Positions 15,998-25,201 of a stretch of DNA of 64,000 bases are shown piece by piece. Both the position numbers and the translations under genes were made by a program. The stretch lies in IMG/VR virus record IMGVR_UViG_3300028388_002189, positions 1-64,000 of that record; one strand, written 5' to 3'. This DNA is from a virus. Position 1 is the first letter of the stretch. Every line of letters starts with the position of its first letter. Under the pieces are notes generated by a model. It saw only the letters and a list, made by a program, of their open reading frames with translations. It had not been told where the DNA came from and did no database searches.

Positions 15998-17372
15998 TTT
16001 CAGACTCCAAAGGCGAGACATCAATAATAGTCTCTGAGGTAGAAGGTTTTGTGCCTCCACCTGCCCTTCCGTAACCTCCAAACAATCTGGAGATTACACC
16101 CGATCCTTTTGCTTTTATCATTACTTCATCACTACCAACAGGAGACGCGATCTCTCTTGCGTCTTTCATGAGCTTCGTCAAAGTCTCCATCTCTGATGAT
16201 ACCTCGGGATTGAGGCCTGCGTTTTGCATCCGTTCAGACATGGAAGCAAACAAGACTCTTTCGCCCTGTATTTGTATGACTTTATTGAGAAGCTGTTGTA
16301 TGTCTTCTGGCGTATCTACTTTCGGAGTAGACGATAGTTTGCAGTTAGAATCTGGCTCAAATACAGGACAAGTTGCACTGAGATAACATGAGTTACAATT
16401 CCGTAAGTATGAACCAAGATCACTTGAACTTGCAAGGTCAGTTTTTGAGATCACAGAGATCTGCTTGTCCTTTTCGTTGTTCATAGTTTTTTCTTTCTTT
16501 GTCCAATACCCACCGACACGACTCGCGTCTGCTGATAGGGCACCCCACTGAGAGAGATTCCACTTATCAACTGTTATACGGTCATCGCTCAACAAGAGAT
16601 CATGGTCAAGACCTAAAGTTTCACATTTAGCTTTTAGCTTCTGTCGTATCGATTTTCCTGCACCTTTAGACCCATGATAAGTAACAAGTTTTAGGTTGCC
16701 GACATACTCAAAGGTCACGCCATACTTAGACCCGCTAATCCAGTTAGAACTACTTGAACTCCAAAAAAGCCCAGAGAGAAGCGTTTCTTTATCAACCCTA
16801 CCCCATCTATGCGTTTTAACGTTAAACGATGTTAGAGAGGCAATATAAGGCTTCATTTGAACCTTTACGTCTTCAAGGTCGAGGTGGTCGGGTATACCTA
16901 GATAAGAATATTGGTGAACAACCTCTTCAAGTTCATCCAAAGAGGACAAAGACCACCCTATCTTAAAACTTTTCAACAACTTTTTCCAACGGTCAGAAGC
17001 ACCAATCGGTAGGTAAGGCAACCATATAACATCGACTAAGTGTTCGATACCTCTACAGAAGTCTAGGTACAGCCTAACTTTTGCGTCGATCTTACACAGA
17101 GCTTTCTCCTGTGCTTCTTCGATAGAACCATGCTTCTGAACTGCCTTTTCAGTCCTTTGGCTAGGCGCACCCCATAGATACTTCACCCTAGACCATGTAG
17201 AACTTAAGTCGTACTCAACCATCAACAGGTCAAATCGATCTCGGTGATCCTCAAACCAACTAGCGTCTAAACTCTTGAAGACTGAATAATCTAAAACAAC
17301 GTCTTTCACTTCTGAGTCTAGAATACTTTGAAGTCTGTCTTCTCTGACAACTCCACTAAGACATACCCTCAT
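15990..17372 (-). CDS. DpdA/TGT-like TIM-barrel protein (apparently degenerate) with C-terminal Cys4 domain
   Basis: KTHRWG and SSSSNWISGSKYG align with the HGFG and DSTSW..RYG segments of TGT-like phage proteins; CNSC..TC..NC zinc site. Confidence 0.45.
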   Translation of the reverse strand: MRVCLSGVVREDRLQSILDSEVKDVVLDYSVFKSLDASWFEDHRDRFDLLMVEYDLSSTWSRVKYLWGAPSQRTEKAVQKHGSIEEAQEKALCKIDAKVRLYLDFCRGIEHLVDVIWLPYLPIGASDRWKKLLKSFKIGWSLSSLDELEEVVHQYSYLGIPDHLDLEDVKVQMKPYIASLTSFNVKTHRWGRVDKETLLSGLFWSSSSSNWISGSKYGVTFEYVGNLKLVTYHGSKGAGKSIRQKLKAKCETLGLDHDLLLSDDRITVDKWNLSQWGALSADASRVGGYWTKKEKTMNNEKDKQISVISKTDLASSSDLGSYLRNCNSCYLSATCPVFEPDSNCKLSSTPKVDTPEDIQQLLNKVIQIQGERVLFASMSERMQNAGLNPEVSSEMETLTKLMKDAREIASPVGSDEVMIKAKGSGVISRLFGGYGRAGGGTKPSTSETIIDVSPLESEND

Positions 17373-17381
17373 GTCACAACT

Positions 17382-17540
17382 CTCTTATATAGTCTGTCTT
17401 ATATATATATATAATATATTAGTGCCGACCGTTAAAATCTATCGATGTTTTTTAGGCAAAACACACTTTTTGATAAAATGTATCGATGTTTTTTATCGTC
17501 TCAGAGTACGGTAAAATCTATCGATAGATTTTAACGATAT
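17382..17540. repeat. AT-rich intergenic region with iteron-like repeats and a 20-bp palindrome (candidate origin/operator)
   Basis: TAAAAT(C/G)TATCGAT at 17433, 17474 and 17512; AAAATCTATCGATAGATTTT palindrome; (AT)n tract ~17400-17420. Confidence 0.65.
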
Positions 17541-17550
17541 ATTTTATACA

Positions 17551-17928
17551 TTATCTCTTCTTAGTCTGTTCATCTGCACGCTTCATTTTGCGATCAACGG
17601 ACTCTGCCCACCTTTTTCCAGCATCACCCCCCCAAAGCGACCAAGCAATTTTTCCAGCACCTGGTGTTCCGTCTGGTTTACGAGAGTTCTTGTTTCTCTC
17701 ATGACGTGCAAAGAAACTCTTCATCCTTCGGATCGTCTGAGGAGAAACTTTATTGCCATTCTTCAGATTAACGGCACGTTGAACACCCGAACCAATACCT
17801 TGTTCAGATGCTTGTTTGTTTGAGAGACCTCCGCGACCGTATTTTTTACGGTCTTTTAGACCTCTCTCCGCTGCACGTTGAACACCCTTTGGGGGAACAA
17901 ACCATTCGTCTTTGTATTTCTTAGCCAT
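17551..17928 (-). CDS. Basic phage protein with IAWxLWGGDAG motif
   Basis: RMKSFFARH...KIAWSLWGGDAGKRWA, a domain often seen in head-associated phage proteins. Confidence 0.7.
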   Translation of the reverse strand: MAKKYKDEWFVPPKGVQRAAERGLKDRKKYGRGGLSNKQASEQGIGSGVQRAVNLKNGNKVSPQTIRRMKSFFARHERNKNSRKPDGTPGAGKIAWSLWGGDAGKRWAESVDRKMKRADEQTKKR

Positions 17929-17975
17929 AACTTGACCTCCTTGTCATAGGAGTATCTCATTATGGTCATATACAT

Positions 17976-18401
17976 TCAACTCTCGGAACTATCTCCACTG
18001 ACGTTCTGATTCATCTTAACGTTCAAGAGTTCAGCAATTCCTTTAAGAGAAGATTGGTTCAGATGTTGGAAGATCTGAGCAAGTTCCCCAACGATACGAA
18101 TCGCACCAATTTGGTCTTGAACGTCCGCACACATACGAAGAACTTCATGTGCATTTGCTTGTCTATCCATCTTCAAAGACTGAAGGTTGGTGACAGGCAA
18201 AACAGCGCCCTGTCTGTTTTTCACCAAAAGAACGGCAGTGACAATATCTTCGTCGATATCGTTCTCGCCTAAGTTAGAGTTCGTAGGGTTGAACTCTGTA
18301 TCCTCGTTTACCTCAACAGGCTCTTTTGGTGCCTCAGTGGTTTCTGTATCTGTAGTTGTGTCGTCGATGAAGTTATCTTCATTCTCTCTGTAATCAGACA
18401 T
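17976..18401 (-). CDS. Hypothetical protein, acidic N-terminus
   Basis: Coupled ORF in operon. Confidence 0.65.
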   Translation of the reverse strand: MSDYRENEDNFIDDTTTDTETTEAPKEPVEVNEDTEFNPTNSNLGENDIDEDIVTAVLLVKNRQGAVLPVTNLQSLKMDRQANAHEVLRMCADVQDQIGAIRIVGELAQIFQHLNQSSLKGIAELLNVKMNQNVSGDSSES

Positions 18402-18717
18402 ATAGCTTACTCCATGTGTCTTCTGTTGGTGTGAATTGTACTTTGTGACCAGATGTTTCTAATAGAACCCTAGAGCATTGAACTCTTCCGTGGTCTCGTT
18501 GAGCAACTAAGTAATCAGTTATACACGCCCAAGCGCCAAGGCAAGCCTCTTCTGGAGTTCTTCTTGGTGCTTCGGGGTCTTCCCACCACTTAACAAGTGC
18601 GTCCTTAAGGCTAGGCGCATTACACGCCTCACCCTCTTTTAGCTCAGTAACCATTAGGTCTATTTCAAACATAAGGATACCCGAAGGCATCTGCATTTTA
18701 TATGTTACGGTAAACAT
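18394..18717 (-). CDS. QueD/PTPS-like T-fold protein lacking the Zn-binding His motif
   Basis: RTPEEACLGAWACITDYL...SRVLLETSGHKVQF resembles QueD PTAE.LA..IW..L...V.V.ET; no HGH motif. Confidence 0.4.
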   Translation of the reverse strand: MFTVTYKMQMPSGILMFEIDLMVTELKEGEACNAPSLKDALVKWWEDPEAPRRTPEEACLGAWACITDYLVAQRDHGRVQCSRVLLETSGHKVQFTPTEDTWSKLYV

Positions 18718-18986
18718 TAGCTTTGCTTTATAAAGATCCTCATAGCTGTCTTCTCTTCACCACTGATAATCTCAGTAGCAAATCCGCTAGTAAAGTATAA
18801 GTCTTTACCACCGCTTGCTGACATTGAACGCGCTATGGTAACTGCTTTTAACATTTGATTAACAGCACCTGCACCAATGGCAGTCAAAGATACTTGTGTA
18901 CCTTCGTTGATGTTTTTAACTATACTACCCGCTACTGAACTAGGGTCAGATCGACCAGCTACTTTCAAGTTTATGTCTTCAGCCAT
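18717..18986 (-). CDS. spoVS: Stage V sporulation protein S family (Alba-like fold)
   Basis: LKVAGRSDPSSVAGSI...AIGAGAVNQMLKAVTIAR...GEEKTAMRI closely parallels Bacillus SpoVS. Confidence 0.92.
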   Translation of the reverse strand: MAEDINLKVAGRSDPSSVAGSIVKNINEGTQVSLTAIGAGAVNQMLKAVTIARSMSASGGKDLYFTSGFATEIISGEEKTAMRIFIKQS

Positions 18987-19443
18987 CTCTAAGATTCCTC
19001 TCGTTATGTCTTCTTGTTATCTCTCTGCTTATAGCAGAATTCTTAAGATCATAACCGATGAGGATAGATTTTAACACTTTTAGATCTGCTTCTATCGTTG
19101 TGACGCGAACTTTCATAGCTCTAAGCATCTTAGACGCCCCTAGAGCAATCTTGCGCTCTGAGATACTACTACCTTGCTTGTTATACAAACGTAAGTCGTA
19201 TTCTTGGTCATATTCATTCTTAGCATGAATAAGCGCACCTTCAAGAACGGCAACCTTTTGGTGAGCATACGCTGTCATTGAAGCCCAATAACTAAGGTGC
19301 TCTGCAATCTCTTGATCACTAAGTCTACTCAAGTCACTTGGGAAGATTAACTCGATACCAGGAGAAGCAGGTGCTTGGAGACCGAGCGCAGATATTAACT
19401 GTCTACTGTGTAGACCAAAGTCTACTACCTTCTGATCTACCAT
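18979..19443 (-). CDS. Helical protein, UvsY-like recombination mediator candidate
   Basis: Coiled-coil ending in AISREITRR; located in the recombination cluster. Confidence 0.45.
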   Translation of the reverse strand: MVDQKVVDFGLHSRQLISALGLQAPASPGIELIFPSDLSRLSDQEIAEHLSYWASMTAYAHQKVAVLEGALIHAKNEYDQEYDLRLYNKQGSSISERKIALGASKMLRAMKVRVTTIEADLKVLKSILIGYDLKNSAISREITRRHNERNLRDG

Positions 19444-19451
19444 GACTTACC

Positions 19452-20279
19452 TCAAGAAAAGCATACGCTACAAGCAATGCAATCTTTTGCTCGTTTTGAT
19501 CGGTTAGACTTACAGTCATCTACTCGCATAGGAATGACCTCTGACTCTAAAGAGTCAATCGCTACATCAATCTGTTCAAGCAAAGGATCGACAATCGAAG
19601 TGTCGTTCTCAATAAATAAGTCTAGTTCTTCGCCCGTATCTTTATTGACGTACAAGATAAAAGCACCTTCAAACTTAGGCTTCTTCTCTAGGTCATGTGG
19701 TGCCATCATATATAACTGAGCCTGTCGCTTGTGGTAAGGTCGTGGCTCTCTTGTGCGCTTCAGATACCTAAACGATTGATCATTACTGCTCTTGATCTCT
19801 AACAGGTACCATCTGCCATTAATCATTAGGAACCCGTCGCAGTAACCGCTAATCCTTTTGTCAGTCCACCAAATACGAGGCTCGACATATGCCCACTCTG
19901 GGGAAGGTTGAAACCCTTCTACCTCGGTGTCACCTAACTTCCACTTGCCATATAAGATACCCGCAGGTCCAAGAACCTTATCTTGGTAAAGAGAGTGGAT
20001 AGAATGACCGTGTTCAAAGATACGCAATAGAGAAGTCTCATGTGGTTCTGGGCGCAACAGGGTGATCCCTAGTTCTTCACGCTTCATCACCAAGTAGTAT
20101 GCCCTAGGACATACACCCCAATAACTGATACTGCTAGGATGAAAGCGTGTTAGACGGTCTTCAAACTTCTCTTGATCAAACTCTTTCGACTTACGAAGAA
20201 AGAACTTCTCTATCTCAGCGCCAAGCGAAGGTCGATCGCCTGCATTGTGGATGCTTTTCATTAAGTCCATTAAACTCAT
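19452..20279 (-). CDS. Cas4-like PD-(D/E)XK exonuclease
   Basis: HPSSI..CPR, GHSIH, GYCDG, LEIKS, QAQLYM, C-terminal C..CIAC..C; ATGA-coupled start. Confidence 0.88.
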   Translation of the reverse strand: MSLMDLMKSIHNAGDRPSLGAEIEKFFLRKSKEFDQEKFEDRLTRFHPSSISYWGVCPRAYYLVMKREELGITLLRPEPHETSLLRIFEHGHSIHSLYQDKVLGPAGILYGKWKLGDTEVEGFQPSPEWAYVEPRIWWTDKRISGYCDGFLMINGRWYLLEIKSSNDQSFRYLKRTREPRPYHKRQAQLYMMAPHDLEKKPKFEGAFILYVNKDTGEELDLFIENDTSIVDPLLEQIDVAIDSLESEVIPMRVDDCKSNRSKRAKDCIACSVCFS

Positions 20280-21190
20280 GAGCGTCTTTGCGCCTCTCCC
20301 CAAGCATCAAGACCATGCTCTCCAGCTAAGGTGCGCATAGCGTTAACAAGACTCGCTAGTTCGCCTTGAGGTAGTTTTGAGAAGTCGATGGCTTGTACCG
20401 CTACGCTATACGCAAACCATGCAGAAGGGTCTTGTAACACCTTAGCGCCAACGTCTAGCATATTAGCAACAATAAGGTTTGAGTTCGCTTCAGCAATCGC
20501 CTTTCGATCTGTGAAGTCGCAATCGATCTCCTCTTCATCGTCATCATCTATGTAGATAGAGTCATCGTCATCACTTAAGACAAAGACTTCCTCTTCGTCA
20601 GAGCCAACGTTGTTAATCTGCTCGATCTCGTCTTTGATTGTACGAACAGTCGCACCCTCTTCAGCGAGTTTGATTAGCGACTCATGATGGTTATGGTCTG
20701 CCTCGTTGATCGCTCTCGCCTGGTTTACTGAGATTGAATCTCTGTCTAGTGCGTCTTGAATCTCAAGCGCCATATCAAGAAGAGCGAGACGTTGTGTGAT
20801 CAAGGTCTTGGACCACCCAAGAGCTACTCGGAACTCTTCAACGTCTTTTCCTGCAGCCATAATGCGCTTGATCGCATAGGCCTCTTCCATAGGTGTTAAG
20901 TTCTGTCGAGAGACGTTCTCCTGTAGGTTCATCACCAACAAGTCTGCTTGGTCTTGAGCAGATACAACTTGAGCGGGGATTGTCTCCCAACCTAACTGCT
21001 CACAAGCGCTGAATCGACGAAATCCGTAGATGAGACCATAACTGCCATCGTCACCCATAGATACGCCCACAGGGATCTGTAAACCTGTCGCCTCAATCGA
21101 TTGAACCAAGTCTTCAACATTGACGTTATTTCGACAATTTACAATCAAGTCTTTATGAATTTTGCGAAGAGGTATGTTGTGAATTTCCAT
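20276..21190 (-). CDS. ParB/Spo0J-like protein
   Basis: LVQSIEATGLQIPV, YGFRRFSA, ENVSRQNLTPMEEA, HTH. Confidence 0.9.
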   Translation of the reverse strand: MEIHNIPLRKIHKDLIVNCRNNVNVEDLVQSIEATGLQIPVGVSMGDDGSYGLIYGFRRFSACEQLGWETIPAQVVSAQDQADLLVMNLQENVSRQNLTPMEEAYAIKRIMAAGKDVEEFRVALGWSKTLITQRLALLDMALEIQDALDRDSISVNQARAINEADHNHHESLIKLAEEGATVRTIKDEIEQINNVGSDEEEVFVLSDDDDSIYIDDDDEEEIDCDFTDRKAIAEANSNLIVANMLDVGAKVLQDPSAWFAYSVAVQAIDFSKLPQGELASLVNAMRTLAGEHGLDAWGEAQRRS

Positions 21191-21222
21191 GTCTGTTCCT
21201 TTAAGTTGTTGAAAAGTATTTT

Positions 21223-21621
21223 TTAGTGTGTCGTGTAGTTGTCTAATAGTTCTGCAAATACGGAAGCGGGCACCATTACCCAATCCTTTTCTAAGTGGTT
21301 AGGTAAGCCCTCCAAAGTCAAAGCAACCCCCGCCCATTTAGAGTTGAGACTCGCTTGTCTCTTTAACTCTACTAGCACATCTGAAGTGATTGTAAAACGG
21401 TCTTTGTCAGTCAACTTAGCTTGCCATACAAAGAGTTCGTCTTGTAGATCTCCCTTAAAACTGATGTTAGGTAGAGCCCCGCTGTTTGGAGTTGTCTTAC
21501 TGCGCAAGACCTCTTGTAAACGATCTTCATGCACAACTGACCTGCTCTTATTGCACATAGGCTCTTTATCATCAAAAGTGTTAGGGCGAGGTCTTTTGCC
21601 TCCTAGACTGCTTTGTCGCAT
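21223..21621 (-). CDS. Holliday junction resolvase-like PD-(D/E)XK nuclease
   Basis: HEDRL, TPNSGA..KGD, QAK; TAATG overlap with recA. Confidence 0.7.
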   Translation of the reverse strand: MRQSSLGGKRPRPNTFDDKEPMCNKSRSVVHEDRLQEVLRSKTTPNSGALPNISFKGDLQDELFVWQAKLTDKDRFTITSDVLVELKRQASLNSKWAGVALTLEGLPNHLEKDWVMVPASVFAELLDNYTTH

Positions 21622-22736
21622 TAGGTGTCTCCATCCATCCAATCAACTTCTCTTCGCCAGATCTCATCCTTCATATCAAAGAAAGTGGGCTCATCGTTGG
21701 CAAGAGCTTCCGCAGTCTTGATCAGTCCTTGGTACTTCTCGCCATTAGGTAACTTGTACCAAGCACCCGTCTTCTCAACGAGACCCCAATATTCACCAAC
21801 CGCCACAATCTGTTCGGCGATATTAGACGCACCTGCAACATAGGGCATAGAGTCTCTAAAGAAGATACTGAAGAGACACGATCTGTTCGGTGGCGCTGTC
21901 TTGTTCTTCTGCATAGTAACTTCCATATCTTGACCAAACGGAGCGCTACCCGACTTGTCCTCGATAAACCCTTTACGTTTAACCTTGCAGATCACACTAG
22001 AGGCAAAGTCAATCCCTTTCCCACCAGGTGAAGTTTCGGGCGAACCGTAAATAACGCCGACTTTATGTCTAATCTGATTGATCAGCAATATGGTAGGTGG
22101 AACCACCTTTGTCATGCCCACAGCGTTCTGAGCGCTAACCCACTTACGCATCGCCTTGTTCATTAATCGAGCATGGACACCAACTTGCCACTTCTCTGAA
22201 GACTGCTCTATCTCAACACTCGGTGTAAGGTGAGCAACGGAGTCTACAACAAGTAGGTCGCACTCGCCCGAACGAATCACGCTGTCTGCGATATCAATGC
22301 CCTGTTCAGCGAACTCGGTACGAATGACATAAGTCTTGTCGTTCTTCATGCCTAGTCTTTCTGCCCAAGAGTTCTGATAAGAACCTTCTGCGTCAAACCA
22401 AACAACGCGCATAGACTCTGGATTGTCACAACACGCTACCTCTGCACCATCCTGTACAATCTCATTCCAAAGTACAAGAGGCTGACCGCAGTTGCGACAC
22501 GTTCTCTGAAAAGACGCACCTATACGGTGTGCAAGCGCTGACTTGCCAGAGGAATACTCACCTTTTAAGGTGATAATCGTACCAAGAGGTATACCGCCGC
22601 CTAGCGCAAGATCAAAACTCATGATCCCTGTCTCAATCCGCTTTCTGACGTTTAACTTGGCAGACTTTGACGCTTGAACAAAGCAATCATCGCCATAGCT
22701 CTTGTTGATCTTCTTGATCAGTGAATCAAGGCTCAT
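21621..22736 (-). CDS. recA: RecA/UvsX recombinase
   Basis: DLALGGG, GEYSSGKS, DAE, VVDSVA, INQIR, ETSPGG, KNK, GAWY; Cys-containing insertion CRNC..CC. Confidence 0.95.
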   Translation of the reverse strand: MSLDSLIKKINKSYGDDCFVQASKSAKLNVRKRIETGIMSFDLALGGGIPLGTIITLKGEYSSGKSALAHRIGASFQRTCRNCGQPLVLWNEIVQDGAEVACCDNPESMRVVWFDAEGSYQNSWAERLGMKNDKTYVIRTEFAEQGIDIADSVIRSGECDLLVVDSVAHLTPSVEIEQSSEKWQVGVHARLMNKAMRKWVSAQNAVGMTKVVPPTILLINQIRHKVGVIYGSPETSPGGKGIDFASSVICKVKRKGFIEDKSGSAPFGQDMEVTMQKNKTAPPNRSCLFSIFFRDSMPYVAGASNIAEQIVAVGEYWGLVEKTGAWYKLPNGEKYQGLIKTAEALANDEPTFFDMKDEIWRREVDWMDGDT

Positions 22737-22945
22737 TGTTTATTACCCTTCATGCCTTGACGTATCTCAGCCGCTTTAATCTCAAGTTGTCTGTAAACTT
22801 CTCCCCAAGCGCGTTCAAACTCTTTGGGAACATCCTTTACGTCACAGGGAAGTTCGATGCCCGCTTCAATCCCTGCGCTTTCATAGTTACCAAGGTTAAT
22901 CTTCAGAGAAGCGTATGCTTTAACTTTTGCTTTGTCATCACTCAT
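22733..22945 (-). CDS. Small phage protein (NLGNYES motif)
   Basis: KINLGNYESAGIE; likely start MSDDK. Confidence 0.7.
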   Translation of the reverse strand: MSDDKAKVKAYASLKINLGNYESAGIEAGIELPCDVKDVPKEFERAWGEVYRQLEIKAAEIRQGMKGNKQ

Positions 22946-22949
22946 GTCT

Positions 22950-23522
22950 TTATCCTTCTTCTGTATATTCACTTGCGGGTACACCACCTACAAGGTTGCT
23001 GAACTTCTCTTCTACATACTGACAAAGTTCTTTGGTCACTCGGAACTTGTAGTTGTTTAGTGTCGCCTGTTTACGGAATCGTTTAAACGCCCTCACCAAG
23101 ATGTCTACTTGATACTGAGTGTACACTCGCCATCCCTGTGGGTTACGGTAAAGTGCCCTTGGGATCTTTCTCTGGTAGATCAAGTGCTCCAAGCGCTTCT
23201 TGTCGAGCTTTAGCTTCATTGCTACAGCAGTTATCGTGTACATCTTGCAGACATGACCTTTGGTCTGATCCGCAGATAAAACTTTCATCATGCAGTTGTA
23301 TTCCACTTCAACCTCTTCGTTACTCGGTAACTCTGGCGCACTTTGGTAACTGTCTTGTTCTTTCCTAAGACGTGCGGTGCGTCGTTGTCTGTTTACTCTG
23401 TTTCGGTATTCTTCATCATTCTGAAAACGCTTCTTACGGTGCGATAAGATACGTTCTTTATTTTTTAAGTAGTATTCGCGCTGATAGCCTTTTCTACTCT
23501 TGGTTTGTACGTCCTCAGACAT
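22950..23522 (-). CDS. MerR-like HTH DNA-binding protein
   Basis: YTITAVAMKL...RNPQGWRVYTQYQV. Confidence 0.7.
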   Translation of the reverse strand: MSEDVQTKSRKGYQREYYLKNKERILSHRKKRFQNDEEYRNRVNRQRRTARLRKEQDSYQSAPELPSNEEVEVEYNCMMKVLSADQTKGHVCKMYTITAVAMKLKLDKKRLEHLIYQRKIPRALYRNPQGWRVYTQYQVDILVRAFKRFRKQATLNNYKFRVTKELCQYVEEKFSNLVGGVPASEYTEEG

Positions 23523-23902
23523 TATGCGTCTTCCTTTACTGTCAAAGTCTTGATGGTCTTAACGTCAGAGTATTCTGCGATCTCCATCGGATCGACTAAC
23601 CCCTCTGCGATCAAGTCCTCAACCTTCTTTAGATCTACCTTTGAGGCTAAGAACTTAGTTGTGGGTATACCCTTGTGGAGTAATAAATGTTCGATCCCTT
23701 CAAGGTCATACTTGACCCTTTGAGATGATGACATCACAGCACTGTAGTGCCCATCTTTGAACTTGTTTGTGTCTTCTGCGGATAAGGCAAGATCGATCCT
23801 CGCCTTTAAGTCTTTTTTCTGTGACTCAAGAATCTTAATTTCTTGGTTCACCTTGTGATAATCAATCACTAGTTCTTTGAGTGTCATAGAACCTCCTATC
23901 AT
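23522..23902 (-). CDS. Hypothetical coiled-coil protein
   Basis: N-terminal coiled coil; common type in phage replication regions. Confidence 0.6.
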   Translation of the reverse strand: MIGGSMTLKELVIDYHKVNQEIKILESQKKDLKARIDLALSAEDTNKFKDGHYSAVMSSSQRVKYDLEGIEHLLLHKGIPTTKFLASKVDLKKVEDLIAEGLVDPMEIAEYSDVKTIKTLTVKEDA

Positions 23903-23932
23903 TGAGGAAGATAGGGCACTCAGTAACGTATG

Positions 23933-25201
23933 TCAAATAAAATAATAACCTAAGTTAGTGTAGGTCTTCTTCCTTGCATACCAGTAAGCATTCATTATGG
24001 GTATGTTGTGGTCTACAAAGTCTACGACAACAGGGTCTTTTTTATCGGGAGCATCCCTCAGTATACGACCTACACTTTGTGTGATTGATGTTTTCGGTGT
24101 AGCTAATATCAGTGTGTCTAGGGCGGGGATGTCAAGTCCCTCTTGCGCCATCGCATAAGTGCCACAGATGACGTCAGCTTCCGCTGCCCTCTCTCGCTGC
24201 GCTTGTTTCATGCCTCCAATGTAGACTGCACAAGTGAAGTCATCACTAACTTTACTTTTCAACAACTCGCACATCTCTTTTGTGTGCGCGACTCGCTCTG
24301 AGAGTATCAGAACTCGTCGTCCCTTCTTTAAAGCTCGATACGCAAAGTCAACGATGCGATCAGTTCGACCCTCTACTTTAGAGATCATAGTGACCAACTT
24401 TGAAGTGTTCACTTCGCCGTCGTACCTTAAGTATGAGTTCTGTGGGAAAGAGGTATCAGTGTCTATACGCCAGATAGCAGGCTGACGCTTGTGACCTTCC
24501 ATCCAATAAACGATAGGACCTATGTGTAAATAAAACACATGATGCAGTCCGTCCTTACGCTCTGGAGTTGCGGTTAGTCCTATACGATATGCAGCACCAA
24601 AGTTGCTTATCGCATCTTGCCACATAGGAGCAGCGTATCTATGTGTCTCGTCGGCTACAATCGTACCAAACATCTCATAGATCTCTTCGGGATACTCACG
24701 CCTTGGATTGACAATAGACTGCACCATACCAATGACAATATCTTCATCACCTGTAGGTATGGTGTCTCTTTGCCAAAGACCAACCTTAGCGTTAGGAAGA
24801 AAAGTAGAAACACGCTCTACCCACTGATCGACCAAGAAAGACTTGTGAACTAAGACAAGCGCCTTCCGACCAATGCGACGAATCATCTCCAACCCCATGA
24901 CAGTCTTACCTTTGCCACAGGGCGCAAACAGAATAGCGCCTTTACCTGGTCGGTCTAAAGCATTAATCACGGCTTCCACCGCAGGCACTTGCTCATCTCT
25001 TAAGTTAATAGGTTCCATATCTCTTATGGAGTCACCAAGCCAAAGTTGGCTGTCACCATAACTAAAGTCTTGGTAGGCTCTAGGCACCAAGAGTCCGTCT
25101 TCGACTTCTCGAAAGACTTCACAACGAAAGTCACCTTCACCAAACGTCAAAGATTCCTTGTCTAGTTCTGACCAAGAGGTCTTCTTTGCCCAACCTCTCA
25201 T
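23933..25201 (-). CDS. Superfamily II DNA helicase (UvsW/A18-like)
   Basis: PCGKGKT, DETH, TATP, EGLDIP, QSVGRILR. Confidence 0.93.
   Translation of the reverse strand: MRGWAKKTSWSELDKESLTFGEGDFRCEVFREVEDGLLVPRAYQDFSYGDSQLWLGDSIRDMEPINLRDEQVPAVEAVINALDRPGKGAILFAPCGKGKTVMGLEMIRRIGRKALVLVHKSFLVDQWVERVSTFLPNAKVGLWQRDTIPTGDEDIVIGMVQSIVNPRREYPEEIYEMFGTIVADETHRYAAPMWQDAISNFGAAYRIGLTATPERKDGLHHVFYLHIGPIVYWMEGHKRQPAIWRIDTDTSFPQNSYLRYDGEVNTSKLVTMISKVEGRTDRIVDFAYRALKKGRRVLILSERVAHTKEMCELLKSKVSDDFTCAVYIGGMKQAQRERAAEADVICGTYAMAQEGLDIPALDTLILATPKTSITQSVGRILRDAPDKKDPVVVDFVDHNIPIMNAYWYARKKTYTNLGYYFI

Noticed and set aside
15998-16081. N-terminal extension of RNR in the ORF track
   Set aside because: Overlaps the upstream gene; ATG 15997 with a GGAG RBS is the better start.
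19452-20279. Cas4-like gene as evidence of CRISPR-Cas
   Set aside because: No array or other cas genes; solo Cas4-like exonucleases are common in phage recombination modules.
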